Positions 59,529 to 64,000 of a stretch of 64,000 bases of DNA are shown one piece after another. The position numbers and the translations under genes were made by a program. The notes beneath the pieces are model-generated. The model was not told the origin of the DNA and ran no database searches. It was given only the letters and a program-made list of their open reading frames with translations. Numbering within the stretch: position 1 is the stretch's first letter; every line of letters begins with the position of its first letter. Origin of the DNA: Macrostomum lignano (Eukaryota); assembly GCA_002269645.1 (NCBI GenBank), contig NIVC01003472.1, positions 1 to 64,000 on the forward strand, written 5' to 3'.

Positions 59529-61556
59529 ATGACAAGGCAATTGAGGCGACAAGCAAATAAGGATTTGCTGGGCTTGTTCATGGAAGGAGAACAAGAAGCT
59601 TTGGAAGACATCGCACTGCAAGAGAAAAAAAGAAAAGTATTCGAAGCAGATGATTCTGGGAGAGTCGCCGGTTTCATCGCTTCGGAGTCCTCTGTAGCAG
59701 AAGTCAATGAAGGTACGGATCCAGATCTTGACAACGACAATGGCAGCTATCCTGATTTTGACGAGTTCGCGCGAGTTTGCAGCGATGAAGATGAGGAGAT
59801 TGACAAGAAAGAGGATGACCGCTCTTTAGAAGATAAAATATTCGCCTTGCTGGTAGTCTACTTTTCTTGTTTCAACCTAAGTCGTGGATCTAAAAAATTC
59901 CTTGTTGATGGTCTAAGAGACATAGGCTTGCCTGCGCCGAAGTCTGTCAACTCTATTGAGGCCGTCATCAATGCTGGCGATCCAACGGAAAAATTGGAGC
60001 CCATGGGAAAAGGCCATTTTCGCTACATTTCGATTCTGAAAAATCTAGAACTAATGTTTCGCAAAAACCAGCTGCACATGAAGCCAGAATATCTACAACA
60101 CGATAGTGAAACTGAGAAGGTTTACAAAATTGAAGCCATCGTTAATTTTGACGGCTTGCCTTTGTACCGAGCAAGCCACTTCGGTCTTTGGCCCATACTT
60201 ATGTCTATTCCCAGCATATTCAGCAGACCTTTTCCAGTAGCCGTATGGGCTGGTTGTGGCAAGCCACCTCTGAATGATTATCTTCGACAATTTTGCGACG
60301 AGGCTAAACGTTTTCTTACGGGTCCAATAAAAATTATCGAAAATTTAAGCATCAGCTTCTCGACTATCCGATTTGTTTGCGATGCGCCTGCTCGAGCCTG
60401 GGTCTCAGTAACTCAAGGGCACATGTCGTACGTCGGTTGCATGTACTGCAGGGCTACTGGACCTTATACCGACAACAGAGTAACATTTTCAACGAGCGTC
60501 GGGGAGTCTCGTAGCAGCCAACAATACCGAGAGGGAAAGGAGTCTAACCAGGAAAATAAAAAAATCGCTCTATCGCCCCTTCTAAATTTGCCTAACATTA
60601 GTTTTGTCGATGCTTTTCCCCCTGACTACCAGCATGCCGTATGCCTTGGAGTCACAAGGAAGCTATTTTACCTATTTTTCGACAAATCTAATGGCAAGAA
60701 GTGTCTCGTCTATCCCGGTCCGATGAGCCTATTGGGCGACCGAATTACTATGGCTGCCGGTTGGACACCTTCAAACTTTCAACGAAGACCCCGGAAAATC
60801 GACTTGGAACTGAAGCACATGAAGGCTACTGAATTCAGACAGTACTTGCTGTACCTAGGACCTGTCCTCTTCAAAGGCATTTTAAATGAAGAAAGGTATA
60901 ACCACTTTCTTTACCTCCATTTCGCCATTTACGCATACTCCAACGAAAGGTACTCCAAGTGGTGGACGCAGGCAAAAACTTGCATTGAAGTTTTTGTTGA
61001 ACGGGCTGCCCACCTTTACGGCCAGAAGTTTATAAGTTTCAATCTTCACACTATTCTTCATTTGGATGAGTTTGTCCGAAAGCTAGGCAGTTTAAACAAC
61101 TTTTCGACTTTCCCTTTCGAAAACTTTCTTGGATCTGTAAAGCGCCGCGTAAAGGTGACAAGGCACATGGCAGCGCATTCAGTTAAGCAGGTGCTCAGAG
61201 TTCGCGATCTTCTGTTGAATGAGCAGCGAATTCCACCGTTGAAATTCAGCACAAAGCGAGGTGATAATTGTTGCATAATCGACAAAGTATGCGTCCTAAT
61301 CGAAGCTGTAAGTGAAGCTAATCAAGTCACTGGCAGGATTTTACACCCAGTTGACAACATCTACGCCAACCCATATCCATCTTTGCGTCTGGGAATCGGC
61401 TTGTACAGGATGACATCTGGTGTTCTAACTGGCACACCTGAGCGAAAGTGCTGGATTTTGCCTGCGAATCTGCTTGCCAATCTTGCTGGAGCGGACAGGG
61501 ATCCAGCAAGCCATTTTTTTGTCATTCCTCTGACAGGTGACTCCGAGGAGGCCTGA
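59529..61556 (+). CDS. DDE transposase, CMC/EnSpm (CACTA)-type animal family, intact 675 aa
   Basis: NFDGLPLYRAS...LWPIL (D1), FVCDAPARAW (D2), H-x-x-Y-x-GC-x-x-C, DYQHAVCLGV, KATEFRQYLLY, H-x-x-L-H-L...FSTFPFENF (E). Confidence 0.9.
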   Translation: MTRQLRRQANKDLLGLFMEGEQEALEDIALQEKKRKVFEADDSGRVAGFIASESSVAEVNEGTDPDLDNDNGSYPDFDEFARVCSDEDEEIDKKEDDRSLEDKIFALLVVYFSCFNLSRGSKKFLVDGLRDIGLPAPKSVNSIEAVINAGDPTEKLEPMGKGHFRYISILKNLELMFRKNQLHMKPEYLQHDSETEKVYKIEAIVNFDGLPLYRASHFGLWPILMSIPSIFSRPFPVAVWAGCGKPPLNDYLRQFCDEAKRFLTGPIKIIENLSISFSTIRFVCDAPARAWVSVTQGHMSYVGCMYCRATGPYTDNRVTFSTSVGESRSSQQYREGKESNQENKKIALSPLLNLPNISFVDAFPPDYQHAVCLGVTRKLFYLFFDKSNGKKCLVYPGPMSLLGDRITMAAGWTPSNFQRRPRKIDLELKHMKATEFRQYLLYLGPVLFKGILNEERYNHFLYLHFAIYAYSNERYSKWWTQAKTCIEVFVERAAHLYGQKFISFNLHTILHLDEFVRKLGSLNNFSTFPFENFLGSVKRRVKVTRHMAAHSVKQVLRVRDLLLNEQRIPPLKFSTKRGDNCCIIDKVCVLIEAVSEANQVTGRILHPVDNIYANPYPSLRLGIGLYRMTSGVLTGTPERKCWILPANLLANLAGADRDPASHFFVIPLTGDSEEA

Positions 61557-62330
61557 TGTAGGACGCGTGAGTCGCAAGTGAGTACTAAAAATATCTTTCT
61601 CTGGTTTTTTATATCAATCCGATTTCCTTCTATCTCGATTCTCGTATTCCCTGTATTCTGCAATTCTGCAATTTCTTCCTGTATATGTTCTCAGCTTCAA
61701 CACGCAGACATGATTGTAGATTGTGAGTTAAATATTAGTATATTACGATGCATACTCGATCGCAACTGCCATTTTATCTTTACTTTTAGGATCCGCAGTT
61801 TCACGAGTTTACTACAAGCCTGGCGATCGGTCATTCATGAACTGGAGTTATTTTAGAGACTGATTATATTGATTCTATCTTTATTGTTTACATTCTTGAA
61901 CCCTAGAATTAGGTACAGCTTAAAATTCGGTGTTATAGAGGCCGGAGGGGTAATTTAGCTCAAAACTGTGTAGGAGGGGTGGAGGGGCCGGAAACTTAGT
62001 GGGAGGTGATGCCGCTGTATGTGGCTGAAATGGGGGATTTATTTTCTTAAACCCCAGTATACGAGTATGAAATACTAATGGTATTGTATACAGTATTCCT
62101 ACCTCCAATTCAAGCCAACAGAATTTTTGTAATATTTTACTTATCCCATTGATAATAATCAACTAGCTGCACAACTGTAATTTCCATCTGTTACCATCTG
62201 GTTTTACTTTTAAGCACATATAAAATGCTATGAATATTTTCTTTCTTTTGCTGGCACCTATTTTAGGTCAGATCGAATCAATACTTTCCGTATCAAAGTA
62301 TTTATGTGTTTATGCTAGGTTGTAACTTAT

Positions 62331-62334
<4 letters not shown>

Positions 62335-62373
<39 letters not shown>
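62335..62373. repeat. (TA)n microsatellite
   Basis: Directly visible. Confidence 0.95.
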
Positions 62374-62377
<4 letters not shown>

Positions 62378-63257
62378 CAGACCTTGTCAAGCCTCGCACG
62401 AAATTCGTCTTTGTTCTTCCTTTATCTTTGGTGCAATATGGGAATAGAAAAAACTTGATGACCTGCACTGATAAGGAGTCAGGACAGTTTGTTTGTTTCG
62501 CATAGGTTCGCTTAAGCAGGCAAGAACGGTACAACGTAGAAATTCCCATATCACTTCTCTAGCCTTTCTTCTAACCCCCCCCCCACCCAACTGAAATGAA
62601 TTGGCCAAAATTAGCTGTCACCTCTAGGTTAAAATAATTCCTTGCATTGCCCTGTCATTACGGGTTATTGCCACTGGCCAGGAAATTCAAAACATTTTTC
62701 TAAGAGCAACTCAAAATGAGTAAGCTTTATACAGGCTATAATTGATGAGAGATTTCTGTTAATGAGAGATAAAGCCCACACGGGTTTTATTGATGTCGGG
62801 TTGTAAAAGACGATCGCAAATAGAGAACAATATAGCGAGAATATTCAAGCTGGCGGACGTGCGCCGAGCTATAATTTTCTGTTAACTCGGGGATTCAGTA
62901 AGACTAGAATAATTGAGTGGCAAAAACTGTCATGAGAACGCAAAGGCACTTTGAAACCTTTATGATTCAGTGGATTTATTCATCCGGAAAAATGACAAGG
63001 CGGGGGTTAGATTGTTATTTATTCATGACCTGTCCCATTTGAGCTCTGACCGCCTCTGAATATGAAAACTGAGAAAATATCTATGTCTATGTATCCCTCC
63101 TTATCAAAATGTGACTGAGTGACTGTGCCCTACTCGTAATCGGGGAGATAAATGAAGGGGAGACAGGGGAGACAGTCTCCTATCTCCAATCTCCCATGTC
63201 TCTTATTTGCCATTATGCAGTTAACTGGGCCCGTCATGCATAGCCTACTGCAGGCTG

Positions 63258-63305
63258 CAGGGGTCAGCAAACTCCAGCCCACGGGCCACATGCGGCCCGC
63301 AGTCT
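63258..63305 (+). mobile_element. hAT (Charlie-like) terminal fragment
   Basis: CAGGGGTCAGCAAACT...GGGCCACATGCGGCCC is typical of hAT/Charlie ends. No partner end was found. Confidence 0.45.
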
Positions 63306-63459
63306 CTCTATCCAGCCCTCGGGTCCTTTCTAACTTCCCATGCCAATAACAATCCAGCCCGCTCAAGGTTTGCATCTCTTCTCAGCTTTTTTGCTAATTT
63401 CTTCTCCTTTTCTCATCAAAATCTCCCCTCTCTCCTCCTTTCCCCTCTTTCCTTGCTCC

Positions 63460-63647
63460 CAGTGGCGCAACCAGGGGGGGGGCGGGGGGGGGCGGTCCCC
63501 CCCCTTAGGCGGAGACCCAGAAAAAATTGAAGGGGGGACCAAGCGAATTTTCGCCAAAAACAGAGCCTCCCCTCCGCCCCCTCCCTCACGGGACTTTACC
63601 TTCCAGAATCCGCCCCCCCCCTCAAAAAATTTCTGGTTGCCCTACTG
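63460..63647. mobile_element. 188-bp hAT-type MITE
   Basis: Imperfect TIR CAGTGGCGCAACCAG / CTGGTTGCCCTACTG and a perfect 8-bp TSD CTTGCTCC (63452-63459, 63648-63655). A similar left end begins at 63985. Confidence 0.85.
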
Positions 63648-64000
63648 CTTGCTCCCTTCCTCTGACATCTCTCCTTTCGCCTCTCTCCTCTCTCCCTTTA
63701 TCTCCCTTCTTTCTCTCATCTCGCCTCTCTCCTCTCTTCCCTCCTCTCACATCTCACATCTCTCCCCTCTCCCCTCCACTCTCCTCCTTCTGGCCCGCAG
63801 TCTTGAGCTAGATTCTCTATCTGGCACTTAAAGTAAAATAGTTAGCCAATCCCTCGCAAGGAATTTCGATCATTACAATGAGCAAAAGTTGACATTAACA
63901 AAATTTTGGCGGGCGCGTTGTGCCAAGCCTGAACAGCTTCTCTAGACAGCACTCTGTGCTCTCCAGAATTACTTGAACTGTTAGCAGTGGCGCAAGCAGA

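Larger units (their letters stand above)
56000..61600. mobile_element. Autonomous-looking EnSpm/CACTA-type element (two divergent genes); termini not identified
   Basis: Transposase plus divergent accessory gene. No TIR pair was found by eye. Confidence 0.7.

Overview
Eukaryotic (animal) genomic DNA with spliced genes, GC-rich exons, AT-rich introns and many minisatellites. The composition suggests an invertebrate, possibly a free-living flatworm such as Macrostomum; this is inference only. Host genes: a TRPV-like channel, a 3-exon MYDGF, a secreted PAN + C-type lectin protein, a secreted PAN + ALK/LTK-type glycine-rich protein, a frameshifted secreted Ig-like gene, an 8-exon group II-like metabotropic glutamate receptor, two MFS transporters, a 2-exon secreted kringle protein missed by the ORF track, an RGS7BP/RGS9BP-like protein and a further secreted PAN-like gene. 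Mobile DNA: an animal EnSpm/CACTA-type element with an intact transposase and a divergent 6-exon DUF4806-like accessory gene, two hAT-type MITEs with 8-bp target-site duplications (TSDs), a foldback element, and two tRNA-derived SINE families, one with a MIR/CORE-like domain. Most very long ORFs in the track (9.8-13 kb, 16.9-17.9 kb, 24-25.6 kb) are artefacts of tandem repeats. Exon boundaries and family calls were made by eye from splice consensus, frame continuity and recalled motifs; no database search was run.
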